Source: Blepharisma stoltei ATCC 30299 (lineage: Eukaryota > Protista > Ciliophora). Taken from it: DNA of 64,000 nt. Positions 42,559-54,771 of this stretch are shown in pieces. The position numbers and the translations under genes are program-made. Positions within the stretch are counted from its first letter, which is position 1, and the number at the start of each line of letters is the position of its first letter. The notes under the pieces were generated by a model. The model was not told the origin of the DNA and did no database searches. It worked only from the letters and a program-made list of their open reading frames with translations. The stretch is taken from assembly GCA_965603825.1 (NCBI GenBank), contig CBFDEM010000034.1, positions 248,001-312,000 of the forward strand, written 5' to 3'.

Positions 42559-43662
42559 TTAGTAAGTTATTGGGTTGTCTATTAATATTCTTCCGGTCTT
42601 GTATTCAGAAGACTCACTGTCGTAGGATAGCACCCCAGCTTTTACTTGTTTCCACATTTCTCTGACAGGCTCAAAATACTCGTGTCTCATGGCTTCTGAA
42701 GGAAGGGTTCTTTGCTCATGATCATATCTGAGTATATGTGAAAGTAAATCAATCGCTTCTGGCCCAGCAAGTTCTTTACGCTCTGGGTCAATAAATTTGT
42801 TCCAGCCTCGTTTTGGGTAGAGACCTACTGCTTCTTCAAGCTGTGGCTCTATTTCTAGGTCAAATTTATCAATATAGCTTCTTAAGGTTTCTGTTCCGAG
42901 AACTCTGATGATTTTGACGATTTGGTCTAAATTGTCGTGGCCGTGGAAAAAAGGCTCTTTTTGGAAAATTATTCCAGCAAAAACTGTCCCAAAGGCCCAC
43001 ATGTCTAAAGAATAATCGTAATATTGGTAGTTGAATAGAAGCTCAGGAGCTTTATAATATCTGGTGCCAACCCTACAGTGGTATGGAGTACCAGGGACAT
43101 AAAACTCTGATAGTCCCCAGTCAATTAAAGCAAGTTTTCTTTGGCTATGGTCAATCATGATGTTATTTGGCTTGATGTCTCTATGCATGATTCCATGAGA
43201 ATGGGCATAATCAAGAGTTTTAAGAAGTTCGTACATATAATAACGAACTTCAAAATCTGTCAACTGCTTCATAAGTGTCTTATACTCCTGGTTCTCAAAG
43301 TATTCCAAAATCAATGAAATGGTTTTAGAAGGCTTGTCTTCAATTACATCAAATATGCGCGGAATGCTGCATGAGCCTTGCAGACACCTAAGAATTTTTA
43401 TTTCCCTACGAATTTTTTGCTTTTTTATCGGCTTTAAAGCTTTGATGACCACTTTTTCATTGCTGACTATATTAATGCCGGCAAAGATATCAGCGTATTT
43501 TCCACGTCCGATCTTTCGGAGGACTTCATAGTTTTCTTGATGCCCCCAGTCAATTTTTAGGTTTTCATAGTCATAATACTCTTGGTTTTTATTGAGGTTT
43601 ACATTTGCATATAGCCTGGCTTTGGATTGAGAGGTCACAGGTCTGAGTATTTGACTATTCAT
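42559..43662 (-). CDS. Casein kinase II catalytic subunit alpha (divergent)
   Basis: SKARLYANVN...YYDYE...GRGKY...LKPIKKQKIRREIKIL...LIDWGL...FFHGHDNLDQIVKI. Confidence 0.93.
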   Translation of the reverse strand: MNSQILRPVTSQSKARLYANVNLNKNQEYYDYENLKIDWGHQENYEVLRKIGRGKYADIFAGINIVSNEKVVIKALKPIKKQKIRREIKILRCLQGSCSIPRIFDVIEDKPSKTISLILEYFENQEYKTLMKQLTDFEVRYYMYELLKTLDYAHSHGIMHRDIKPNNIMIDHSQRKLALIDWGLSEFYVPGTPYHCRVGTRYYKAPELLFNYQYYDYSLDMWAFGTVFAGIIFQKEPFFHGHDNLDQIVKIIRVLGTETLRSYIDKFDLEIEPQLEEAVGLYPKRGWNKFIDPERKELAGPEAIDLLSHILRYDHEQRTLPSEAMRHEYFEPVREMWKQVKAGVLSYDSESSEYKTGRILIDNPITY

Positions 43663-43676
43663 AATTATTAGATCTT

Positions 43677-43964
43677 CTAATTATATAAAATTTTTAAAAT
43701 CTCTTCATAAGCTTTTAGTTGGACTTTATTTCGAATTATTTCGTCTTTTGTGCTTTCAATCTCACCTTTAAGGATTTCTACTTCTTGGCTGCTGTCTGTA
43801 GCGAACATATTTACTGTTTGATTTCTATTGTAGGCTTGGATCATCTCAGCTTGCAAATTGTCACATAAAGTTTCGAATTCCATCATTAAGCTGCCATCAT
43901 CTGAAGGCTGCTTATTTAGCAATTTTATGATGCATTCAATAATTCTTTTAAGCTGATTCTCCAT
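43677..43964 (-). CDS. Small hypothetical coiled-coil protein (95 aa)
   Basis: MENQLKRIIECIIKLL...EVEILKGEIESTKDEIIRNKVQLKAYEEILK; ATG at 43964. Confidence 0.6.
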   Translation of the reverse strand: MENQLKRIIECIIKLLNKQPSDDGSLMMEFETLCDNLQAEMIQAYNRNQTVNMFATDSSQEVEILKGEIESTKDEIIRNKVQLKAYEEILKILYN

Positions 43965-44249
43965 TATAAGTAGCAAAAATAGCTGCTGGGAAAATAAGGT
44001 TGTTAAAATAATCATTAACTCAATAATTCTAATTAGAAGTTTAGAAGAATTTGTTGTGGTTTTGGAATAGGAAAGTGAGGCTTATTTACTTGTCAGGTCA
44101 AATAAAATTTAAATGTAAAGAAAAATTATGGATGGAGTTACTGGGGTTACTGCCGGTTGACATATTGAAATATAGATATGCAGTTAGGAAAACACTGATT
44201 AAAATATATCGATTAAATTTATATTAATCGGGAAGTCGATGTTAGCACA

Positions 44250-45131
44250 CTAATGGAAATGAATAACCCTTCTGTCATGCAAGGGTTTAATTTCCCTGTT
44301 GTTTCCTTTCCCGTTTGCAAAATTCGGGTTATGGCTCCAATTTTGCCTGAAAAAATCAAGTTGGTCGATACTGATTGAATACAAGTTCGACATCAAAAAC
44401 CACAAAACTCCTTGTAAAAGGGGTGGGGTGGTAAGAGAGCCTTCATATAGATACAATTCCATTTTGTCCTTTGGAATTAAGACCTGGAGGTCAATCAGGC
44501 TTAGGCATTCATGGCTTTGGATGACCTGGTCAAGGAAAGGGTTCCTAGTCCCATCTACCTTGAATAAAAACCCAATTACTGACATATTGTGAGGCTTGCC
44601 TCTTTCTTGATGGACTATATGCAGTTCTAAGTCATGTCTTTCACTGTTAATTAAATGTTCTGCAGGAGAGTGGAAGTGGAACTGAAGCACGTCAAAGATC
44701 CTTTTATCTTCCGTCAAAGAGTTAACTGTCATTGACCCAAACTCTCCTTGCACCAAAAAGGTTTTCGTGGTGAATTTTCCTTTCACAACCAATGGCTTAT
44801 AATCGGTTCTGATAGGATGGAAGGACTCTTTCAATATTTCAGAACTTTTAAAAGTGACGTGCGGTTCGATATTTATTGGTGACTGATAGTTCCCAGGCTG
44901 ACACATGCTATCTCATTCTTCCTCTGCTTTGCCGTAATGCCAGCAACTCTCGTGGGGAATTTCGCCTTTCTCAGTCTCATGCTCGCCTAAGTTCTGGAGA
45001 AGCTTTTCTACATGCTGCTTCTCATGTGGGCATTTGAAATGCTCATGGGCTAGTAACCCGGTCAGGGTTTGGAATTTTCTGCTTGAAAAGGATCTCAAAA
45101 GAGGACGGACAAATAGTGGTAAACGCAACAT
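44250..45131 (-). CDS. Alpha-carbonic anhydrase with a mitochondrial-presequence-like N-terminus (293 aa)
   Basis: MLRLPLFVRPLLRSFSSRK...WHYG...W(TGA)...QSPINI...QFHFHSPAEH...ELHIVH...YEGSLTTPP...NNREIKPL. Confidence 0.92.
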
Positions 45132-45375
45132 ATTTATTGTTATCTGCAGCATATTTATTGTTGTTAAAAGCATAAAAAAACGAATAATTCCAGAAGGTCT
45201 GTAATGGCGAGATTATTTATTTGTAATTAATCATCTATTTCTGTAACAGAAAACTCAAAAACTCAAAAGAAAAATTGTTTTTGTTTAAGAAATCGTTTTT
45301 GTGGGTACTTATTGAGACCGATTTACGATCTTGTGGATAGATAATCGACTTTTTCGACTTTGAAAAGACAATTAG

Positions 45376-46254
45376 TTAATTAAAATAGACTATTGATCTG
45401 TCATTCAAGGGTTGGGCTTCCCTGTAATTTCCTTTACCCCCTACAAATTCAGGATTCTTCAGCCACCTCCTTGCAAAGAAATCGAGCTGATCAGCACTTA
45501 ATGAATTTACCCTAGAGCTAACAAACCATAGCACTGTCTCAAACAGCGGCGGAGTTGTAAGTGAGCCTTCGTAGTAGTATAAGCCCATGTCCTTTTCTAT
45601 GATTTGATATAGATCAATCTCAGTTTTATGCTCAGTGCTCTCCATCACAGTGTCGATAAATGCATTTCGCTTTCCATCATTTTTAAAAAGAATCCCTATA
45701 ACTAGCAAATTAGAATGTTCTTTTTCCTTATGGACAATATGTAGCTCTAAATCATGCCGATTGCCATTAATTAAATGCTCAGCAGGAGAATGGAAATGAA
45801 ATTGAGCGACATTGAATTTTCGAGGCTCTTTATTGTTAGGAGATTTCAATGATAAGCCTCCAAAGTCTCCTTTGATATGAAGAGTTTTAGAATTAAATTT
45901 TCCTTTTTTTATGTGAGGAGAATAGTGAAATTCAAGAGGGTAGAAATTTTCTTTTAAAATATTTGAGGCATTAATAATTGACCCAGAGTCTATATTGATA
46001 GGAGATTGATGCTTTCCTGGGTGGAATAATTCTTTTCATTCTGATTCTTCGTCTTTTATGCCGTAATTTCATTCATCCTCTTCTGGAAAATCTCCTTTTT
46101 GGGTCTTATGACTATCAAGTCCTTTAAGAAGCTTTTCTGGAGCGTCTTGGTCCATATTTTCGCTTGATGCTTCAGGAAGGACAATAGAATCTAGCTGCTT
46201 TTTTTTATGATCTGAGCCAAACAGCCAATGACAGCAGTTTCGGATCCAGCTCAT
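45376..46254 (-). CDS. Alpha-carbonic anhydrase, tandem paralog with N-terminal CC (292 aa)
   Basis: MSWIRNCCHWLFG...W(TGA)NYG...W(TGA)...HQSPINID...QFHFHSPAEH...ELHIVH...YEGSLTTPP; single frame. Confidence 0.92.
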
Positions 46255-46661
46255 TTCCGTTAATTTAATAATTACTTGGTTATTAAACTACAAAATTTAC
46301 CTTAAGATAAGGGCAATTTTTAGCATTATTCAGAAATACAAAGCTCCAGAATATGAAACTCGCAATTTTTACGCTAGCATTTGTGGATCTACAGCCTAGA
46401 GGTGAGGGTAAAGAAGCTACAAGTGTAGATGGGACGAATATGATATTTTATAAAAAAAATACACTTATTTTATTAGAAAATAAAACATTTTGTTTGCTAG
46501 TCAAGGAAAAAAATAAATTGAGATCTATGATAGCTCATTATTTGATATTTGGATAAAATATAGCTAATAAACATCATAATCTAATTTCTCCAAAATATGA
46601 AGTTAAGGCTGCAGAGTAAAAGAGTTTTCTTTTCAATTAAGTATAGAAATTAGTTAATTAA

Positions 46662-47558
46662 TTAATTTTCTTCGACATCAGCAAAATAAGGATGATTTAG
46701 CGCTTGCTTAGCTGAGATTCGTTGAGCTGGATTCATGATCAGCATTTTAGAAAGTAAATCTAATCCATATTCATCGAGTTGGTTAAATAGTTGAGAAAAT
46801 GGTATCCCAGGATATATTTCTTGATTTTGAGGGAAATTCTTCATTGTCGTCACTCCAGGCCACACAGATTCCGTTGGAGTCCCCATTATTCTAAATATCT
46901 CATTAAGCTCCCCAAATGGTGTTGTCCCTGGGAATAATACCCTATGTGTAACAAGTTCCGCAAATATGCACCCAGCTGACCACATATCAATACTCACTGA
47001 ATAAATTTCACACCCCAGCAGCAGCTCAGGCGATCTATATCATAGCGTCTGCACTTCATTTGAATAAGGCCGCCCTGGTATCGTATAAGCCCTAGCAAGC
47101 CCAAAATCAGCTACTTTTATATTGAAATTGGTATCAATTAAAATATTTTCAGGCTTCAAATCTCTATGCATAAATCTCCTTGAGTGGCAGAAACACAGAG
47201 CTTTCATTAATTGATGCATAATTTTTTTAATTTGTGGAGCTTGCAGAGCCTGCTCTTCCATGACCTTTCTGAGATCTTTTTCAATATATTCAAATATCAG
47301 AAAGAGCTTTTTCTCAGTGATAACGACGTCATATAATGCAACGATATTTGGATGGTTTAGTTCTCTGAGCAAGCAGACTTCACGTAGAGATGTCGTGGGC
47401 ACTCCTTCTGTTTCTAAATTTAATGTCATCCTTTTCAAAGCGATATAGGCACCAGTGACCGTGTCGCGGGCTTTATATACTCTACCATAAGCGCCGTGGC
47501 CTAAGACTTCTACTGTTTGATATCTATCTATATCGCGGTCTCTTCCGAACTCACTCAT
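46662..47558 (-). CDS. Cyclin-dependent kinase, CDK1/2-like (PTTSLRE variant; 298 aa)
   Basis: GHGAYGRVYKA, EGVPTTSLRE, HRDLKPEN, DFGLARA, VQTLW(TGA)YRSPE. Confidence 0.94.
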
Positions 47559-47597
47559 AATAATTTAATTATTTTGTATTTTAGAAACATTAGAAAA

Positions 47598-48428
47598 TTA
47601 ATTGGAAAAATTATTTTTTTCATCTGCTTTTTCGTCATTAAAAATCCCTTTCGTCTCTTTTCCACATACAAAGCATTTTGTATTCTCTGAGTACTTCTCT
47701 ATTGCACATTTATAGCAAAATTTATGGCTGCATTGTGTAATCACTGGGTCTTTATACTCTTCTTGGCATATAGGGCATTTTTCTTCTTTATTTTCTTCAG
47801 AGCTTATTTCATAATTTTCTTCATCAGACACATTTTCTCCATACGCTTTTTTCCTTTTTTTTTCTTGTTCTTCAGTCCATTCTTTTTCAAGTTCCCATCC
47901 TGTTTTATAGTTGCTTCGGTCATGGATAAAAATGCAGCCATCACCATACCCACAGTATCCAGAAATTTTTCAGTCTTTGCATATGCCATACGAATAATCA
48001 AACCTACAGGTTGCTCTGATATTAGAAGGAGCTCGTATAGGGCCTAGAGAGCCTGTGAATTTAGATGCATAAATGTTGCCTTCACTTTTTTCAGCGTAGA
48101 TAGGATAAGAGCTTTGGCCACGATAATAGTCAGTGCTGAGCTCTCCTGAGTTTATTAGACGGCTGATTTCAAGGTTTTTTACTGCTTTGCTGCGTCCTTC
48201 TTCACCTTTGTCGAGGTCAAGCTGCAGCTCTCTTGTAGCGTCATCTTGTGTCAGCTGGCGGATTCCTGTAGAATCTTTGAAATTTAATTCATCCATAATT
48301 TCTGATTTAGCTTGCTGGTTTTCTTGGGTTTTATGTTTTTCTATTTTTGGCTTTTTTATTAAAACAGGCTCTTCTTCTGGAGTTGTGTCAATTATAGGCT
48401 TATTCCTTTTTTCCCTTTTTTGGAACAT
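47598..48428 (-). CDS. CWC24: Pre-mRNA splicing factor Cwc24/RNF113 (CCCH + RING; 276 aa)
   Basis: GPIRAPSNIRATCRFDY...ICKDW(TGA)KISGYCGYGDGCIFIHDRSNYKTGWELEKEW...CPICQEEYKDPVITQCSHKFCYKCA. Confidence 0.93.
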
Positions 48429-48524
48429 TTATAATAATTTTGATGAGGTTTGTATACGATTTTTATAAAATCGTATTTAAATAGTGAATAAATAAATCAA
48501 TAGCTAATCTTATTGTAGTAAAAT

Positions 48525-49133
48525 ATGGAAGTCACCCTGAGCCCTGAAGAGAAATCAATATTCGAAAACGAGGCCATCATATACTCCATCATCAGAACTC
48601 TTGAGCCGCTTGAAAAGGCTTACCTTAATGAAAAAATTTCCGAAGACGAATATCATACCTTATGCAAAAGACTTATAAATCAATATAAAACCATTTCTGA
48701 CAGCTTAGATCAAAGCTACCCTGGGCTGCTCCCATTCATGCAGAAATACCAGCTTGATACTTCATGTCGACTTGCTTTAAAACGGCTTCAGGTTGGAATG
48801 ACAGCTGCAGAAATCCACGGTGGCAGCGATGCTCCACAGATGAGTGTCATCATCAATGCAACCCAAAGTTTGATCACAGCGAACAATGCATTGCAGCTTA
48901 ATATTACTACAGTTGACCAATTGCAGCCACTTATACAAGAAGTCGTGACTTGTCTGGGAAGAGTTAAAGGGGTTCCAGCAAGCTTTACAGGGAGTGCTAA
49001 AATGCAGGACTGGCTGAGGACGCTTTCATCAATGAGGGCTTATGATAGTTTGAGCGAAGAACAAGGCAGACAGCTGGAATTTGATATTGATCAAGCTTAT
49101 AGAGATTTCAAGCAATGTATGGATCGGTCTTAA
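48525..49133 (+). CDS. VPS28: ESCRT-I subunit Vps28
   Basis: IYSIIRTLEPLEKAY...EYHTLCKRLINQYK...VDQLQPL...WL...LSEEQGRQLEFDIDQAY. Confidence 0.93.
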   Translation: MEVTLSPEEKSIFENEAIIYSIIRTLEPLEKAYLNEKISEDEYHTLCKRLINQYKTISDSLDQSYPGLLPFMQKYQLDTSCRLALKRLQVGMTAAEIHGGSDAPQMSVIINATQSLITANNALQLNITTVDQLQPLIQEVVTCLGRVKGVPASFTGSAKMQDWLRTLSSMRAYDSLSEEQGRQLEFDIDQAYRDFKQCMDRS

Positions 49134-49298
49134 TATAATTTGATTTCACTAAACCATGATTTTAGCGTTAAAATATAGGAAATTTGAATTCCCACTATGA
49201 GGAATTATATACAGGTTTATATTAATTTTTTTCAGGTTATACAAAATACCAATGCTATATTTATATTAAAAAATATAAAATTTCTCAATAAAATTTAA

Positions 49299-51293
49299 AT
49301 GGCAAATTTAAGCATAAGCAAAGAAAAGACAATCAGACTAATCTTGCAATATCTCGAAACTAATGATTTCTACAGGTCTGTAATAGAGGTAGAAAAAGAC
49401 ACAAAAATAAGGCTGAGAAAATACGGAAAAGAAATCGACTTTTTTTATGATCTCATCACAGATGGCCGCTTTGATGATGCAGAAATTTTTATTACCCCTC
49501 TGCAAGAGCGAAGCATCAAAGACTACGAAAAAGTTTTATTTTCAATTAAAAAAAGCAAGTTTTTAGAGACACTTGAGACTTCTATAGATCCAAAGCTTGA
49601 TGATCTGACAAAATTAATTAAGGATATTGAAACCATTTCAAGTAAAGAAGATTTTGATCATTTATGCCAAATACTAAGCATGAATAAGTTAGCAGACCAC
49701 CCAGATTATGCTGATTGGGATATTTGAAAAGGGAGGCTAAATTGTTTTAATGAATGCTTATTAAATTTATCTGAAATTTATCCAATTTTGCTAGACGAGC
49801 TACCTAAAACTACACTCATAGAGCTGCTTGGGAATTTAGAAGACGAACAAGTCTCTGAGGAATGTGCAAGTGTCAGAATTTCTAAAGAAAGTGAAAGCCA
49901 AGAGACAGCAAGCTATAAAACGTCACAGAATATTTTAGAAAAAATGAGTGGGAAGCCAGAGCTCGCTCTTGCAATTTCAATCAATAGCCCTGTATCTCGA
50001 AAAAAAAGCAAAAAAGTTTCTTTTGTCGCTGTCGCAGACAATGATGAGAATTCTGAAGATGAATCTAAAAAATTTATTATTGATGAACTTGACCCTGATT
50101 CTCCAGGCGATGAACATTCACTTAGCGAGTACTCCCCAGAGCCTGCTAAAAACACTGCACAAGATTTAATGAACAATTTTAGCCCAGCTTCATTAAAAGA
50201 AGTAGCAAGAATTGAAGACTCGAAACCAATTCGATGCTCAGTCTTTAATGTGACAGGGGATTATTTTGCATTGGGAACGAATACAAACTCTATAAGGGTT
50301 TGCTCAATGCATAATATTGTAGATGGGCTTATGTATGATGAACACCAAGGCAGAGAACAATACATAGATGTCGTTTTCGAGCTAAGGCGGCCATTTATAG
50401 GCTCAGTGTATTGTATTGATTGGTCTCGATCAGAATCACAAATAGCTGCAGGCTATAGTGATAAAAATATAAGAATTTTGCATTGTCCAGACTTTTTAAC
50501 TCTTCAGGAAACTCAATCACAGACAGTTTTATATGAAGAAGGTAAATTTTTGACTGGAGATGGCGAATTACCAGAAATAAGAGAAACGCTATTGCAGGGC
50601 CACCAAGATATAGTAAGGACTGTATGCTTTAATCCTACTGACGATTCAATTCTTTTAAGTGGAGGAAATAATGAAGGGGATATTAAAATATGGAACACAG
50701 AAACCTCACAATGTATTCAACGACTGCAAGGCCATAAAGGCTCAATTTTTCAAATTGCGGCTGAAGGAAAAGGGTCGTATTTTGTATCTGTGGGTACAGA
50801 CAGAACTTTAAAGCTATGAGATATCAGAAGCAATAAATGCCAAATGAGTATTCTGGGAGAGTCATATGCAGAAATGACTTCAGTTGCCCTTATAAATTCA
50901 ACAGCACAGCTAAGGACTGAAACTAAAGATAAAATTGCTAATATATTTTTAAAAAGGAGTACCAATACAACTCCTCAAGCTCCAAAACAAAATTTAGCAG
51001 CTGTTGGACATGCAGATGGGATGGTTACACTTTGGGATATAAATGCTGGGAAGCTGTTTAATAAATACAGCTACCACTTAGCTGAGTGCCGAGGGGTTGA
51101 TTTTTCAGCTGATAGAAAATGGCTTGTATCATGCTCTTTTGATAGAAGCATAAAAGTCCTTGACATGGCAAATGGAACAACTTATCGGCTGGAGTATCAT
51201 GATGACAGAGTTGTATCAGTCCGTTGGCATCCTTATTTGCCAATTTTAGTTTCTACTTCTGCTGATAAAACTGCAAGAATATTTTGTCCTTAA
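49299..51293 (+). CDS. WDR47-like LisH/CTLH + WD40 protein (664 aa)
   Basis: LisH IRLILQYLETNDF; LADHPDYADWDIW(TGA)KGRLNCF; WD40 EDSKPIRCSVFN...FALGTNTNSIRVC...GSVYCIDWS; single frame. Confidence 0.85.
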
Positions 51294-51352
51294 TGTTTAT
51301 TAATGAAGTTTTTTGCCTTAAGTTCTTAATTAATGCAAAGGAAATTATAAAA

Positions 51353-52222
51353 ATGGTTTATGTAACCAAAAGTTTTGGCTATATAATCCAAGCGCTGCTG
51401 ATTTTTATGATCCATTTGATGGTTTACTACGAAACAAATGTAATTTAAATTCAGCCCATCAAAGAAATGCTTGACGAATTTTCTGACTACGAAAACCTAT
51501 TTAATTACATCACAGGGTGGCCGATTTATATTTTTGTCATGATTAACTACATATTAGCCTGCACAATGCACCCGGGAAAAATTAGAGAAAACTGGGAATT
51601 ATGCTATAATTATCCTAAATCTCAAGTTACTTATTGTGAAGCCTGCAAGGTAGTAAAACCTCCAAGATCATGGCATTGTGTAAGATGCGGGTTTTGTGTT
51701 GTAAAAAGAGATCATCACTGCGATTTTACTAACCAATGTGTGGGGTATGGGAATATTAAGCCTTTTACCTTTTTTTGCATTTTTGGCTTTATTGGATGTG
51801 CACAATTTTTGGTGAGAAGTCTCCAATACTCTTATCATTGGATAAATGATGATTTAGAATGTGTAAAAGCTTATTCAAAGACTTATATGATTTTTCTTTG
51901 GTTTCTTATGTATGTTGTATTAGCGTTTGCTTTGTTTTTAACTACTATTACAAAGCGAATAATTATGAATGTGTTGTATAACACAACAACACTTGAGCAA
52001 ATGGTCATAGCAGATGGAGCATTAAGACCATGTGAATTTATAACAGTAGAAAACAATGCTTTTGATTTAGGAGAAATTCCAAATTGGGTGCAAAGCTTCG
52101 GCATAAATCCATTGCTGTGGTTTTGGCCTATATCTCCAAGCCGAAATGGAGTTACTCTGGGGCCGTTTTTCAATTATTTAGAGGCGCTATTTGATGCTAA
52201 ATATCATATGAAAATGATTTAG
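51353..52222 (+). CDS. DHHC palmitoyltransferase (284 aa), one 15-nt intron
   Basis: YCEACKVVKPPRSWHCVRCGFCVVKRDHHCDFTNQCVGYGNIKPF; TTLE motif; ATG at 51353 plus intron at 51440-51454. Confidence 0.92.
51440..51454 (+). other. 15-nt spliceosomal intron
   Basis: GTAATTTAAATTCAG; contains an in-frame TAA; removal supplies the first TM helix of the DHHC protein. Confidence 0.8.
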
Positions 52223-53509
52223 ATAGGATTTGGCAAAACACAGTCTAATTAATTAAAAATAAAAAGAAATAATTATTGAGTAAATTAAATTAAAATTTTC
52301 ATGGATTTTGTGTTTATTTTTCTTAATTGCAAAGAAATGCTTTTGAAGATTCATGCTTCATTTAATCTAGCTCTAAACTTAGATTTTTCTACCTCGTGAT
52401 TGCTTCTTTAGTTTCAGCTATTTCTTATCTATATTAACTATTTGTATATTTATCAGGACTGCAGAAATGTTTTTTATAGCAGTTATTAAGATGAAAAATA
52501 AGCGGATATGTAACTGCGATGGTTTGCAATTTTTTATTAGATATAAGTATCTTGAAAGCATTATTTCAAGATTGAGCTCTGAATTAAAATCCAATAATTT
52601 ACAGATTGAATTAATTTTTAATAATTTCTTATTATTAATTAATAACGATTTATTACTTAATATAATTTAAATGGTAAGATACCATTTTATTTTTTTTTTG
52701 CCTTTTTGATTAGTCATTTCCTTATTAAGAATATGCAAAGTTTTTATTTTTCCAAAGATTCTATTTCTATGCTCCTCTAAATATGTCAGAATAATATAGA
52801 AATATATCTTGTACTGCGCATTTTTCTCTAATATTTTGTGTGAAATTAAGATTGAGTTTAAATAATAATTCTTGCTTTAAATTCGTAATCTTTTATGCTT
52901 CATAAATATGCTTTCTTATGTCAAGATAGAATATTTTGCATGAAGAGTTGAATTTTTAGCAGGCCATAATGCTATTTCTTTAATTGGGATGTAGAAAGGA
53001 ACCCAAATCTTATCAAAAAATTCAACAATTTTTAATTTAAGATTGGTTTCATTAAGCAGCTATTCAATAAGGCTAATAAGATTTTTATTAATTCCAAAAT
53101 GATTAAAGCCCGATGGAAATTAAAAATTAATAGAGACTATAAGAATCGCATTTATTATGATTTTTTTGCAATGCAGTATTATATAAGTTTTAAAGCACAA
53201 AATTTATAATTCGATTGGTGATACAATATTAATTTCAACATAAAACTTTTTAAATTTCCTAGCCAAGAATTTATATCCTTATTAATTTTCAAATAAAAAA
53301 TGGATTATCAATTTATCTTTCCTTCTAATTCAAAAAAACCATCTATTTATTAACTCTCCCTGTCAAAATCTGCTTATATCATCATTAAATATCCATTCAT
53401 TTTTATCAATCAAAACAAGGAGAAGCCAAGAATCCTTAATTTACCCAAAATGAATTAAATTAATCACAAAAAAAACTTTAACTTAAGTACAAAAACTTGA
53501 AAAAATCGA

Positions 53510-53806
53510 TTATTCATATCGAATTTCCGTTTTAATTCCTTCACTAGTTTTTTTATATGAATCTTGTGATAATTCTTGGTCTTCTTCTAGACTGGATTGG
53601 TCATGCTTTTCTGCGTTCACAACGATTCTGTATATATTATTTAGAGTTTTCAGTTTCGCAATGACTCTTGAGTCCTCAGAAAGGTTACCTTTTGACTGAG
53701 CATGTTTTGACTCTTCACAAAGGGAGTGGTCTTTTTCTACCGATTCTGTCGTTTCTGGGCACAATTTTACTTTAATTTTTCCGCTCTTCGAACCAAAGCA
53801 ACCCAT
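53510..53806 (-). CDS. Small hypothetical protein with an N-myristoylation/palmitoylation-like start (MGCFGSK)
   Basis: 98-aa ORF with AT-rich flanks and an MGCxxSK motif. Confidence 0.6.
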   Translation of the reverse strand: MGCFGSKSGKIKVKLCPETTESVEKDHSLCEESKHAQSKGNLSEDSRVIAKLKTLNNIYRIVVNAEKHDQSSLEEDQELSQDSYKKTSEGIKTEIRYE

Positions 53807-53982
53807 TTATTTATATTTGTGGAAAAGATATTAGAAGTTATTTAGATCAACCAAAAGCCATAAAGAAAAGATTAGTTCATTATGAGAAAATGAATTAAAT
53901 AAGCGCTATTAGTACATTTTAGGTATTTAAATTTTAGAAGTTTCTAGTGGCTTTGAATTGATAATAATTCATATATATAAAT

Positions 53983-54771
53983 ATGACAACACATAGATTT
54001 GATAATTATGACTTTGAGAATTCTGCAGACTGGATGAATTTTAAGAGTATATATCCAATACAAGAACAAGGCGTAAGGGCTAAGGAGCTCAAGATGAAAT
54101 GATATAAACTGAGAATCGACCCAAATTTCAATATATTAGCACAGTCATGTGATTGCCTTACAATATTCCAAGTCATACAAATTTCTTTATTTTTTCTATC
54201 CATTCTAGGACTGCCCTTTGGGAATTTTGTGGGATTTTTATTAATTTTCCATTTCATTGAGATTTTCACCCTTCATGGTATCCCAAAACTACAAATTGAC
54301 TATTTAAAAAGAGTAATTTTTGACGACAACACTCATTATTTTTTATATTTACTTGTATTTTGGGTTGTGAATTATGGGATTTTATGAATAATCCCTGCTT
54401 ATATAGGATCATATATTTATTTTATCCACATTTTGATGGAAAATCCTTTGGTTCCCAACTCAATAAAGCAAATTATAAGACCCCATTTTGCCATTGAGGA
54501 CAGTCTTTTTGATTTAAAAATTGACTACGAGGTAAATTTAGGCTATGCTTTAATTTTTTTATATATTACTCATAATGCTCGATATGTCATTTTATATTGG
54601 CTTTATCTGAAAATGCGATATATATTGAACAGACGTATGCAGCTGAAATTTGCATCAGACCATAATAATTATGGAATTCTTTTAAATGTTTTACCTCGGG
54701 CCTTTCAAGACTTTTTTCGAAATTTAGGGTCAATTTGTGACTGGCTTATAGAAATATCATCACATAATTAA
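53983..54771 (+). CDS. TMEM33/Pom33 (UPF0121)-like membrane protein (262 aa)
   Basis: ATG at 53983: FDNYDFENSADW...KMKW(TGA)YKLRIDPNF...HGIPKLQIDYLKRVIFDDNTHYFLY...LYWLYLKMRY; in frame with ORF 54433..54771. Confidence 0.78.

Noticed and set aside
43677-43964. Resemblance of the small coiled-coil protein to Mediator Med28/Med9
   Set aside because: Only a generic helical pattern; it cannot be supported without a profile search.
46353-46556. 67-aa ORF and a short ATCTACA/TGTAGAT inverted repeat
   Set aside because: No motifs; a 7-bp stem is within chance, and no snoRNA or tRNA boxes were recognisable.
52223-53509. Long AT-rich gap containing ORF 52467..52670; possible retained IES or ncRNA
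   Set aside because: Low-complexity translation; no terminal repeats or RNA structure could be supported by eye.
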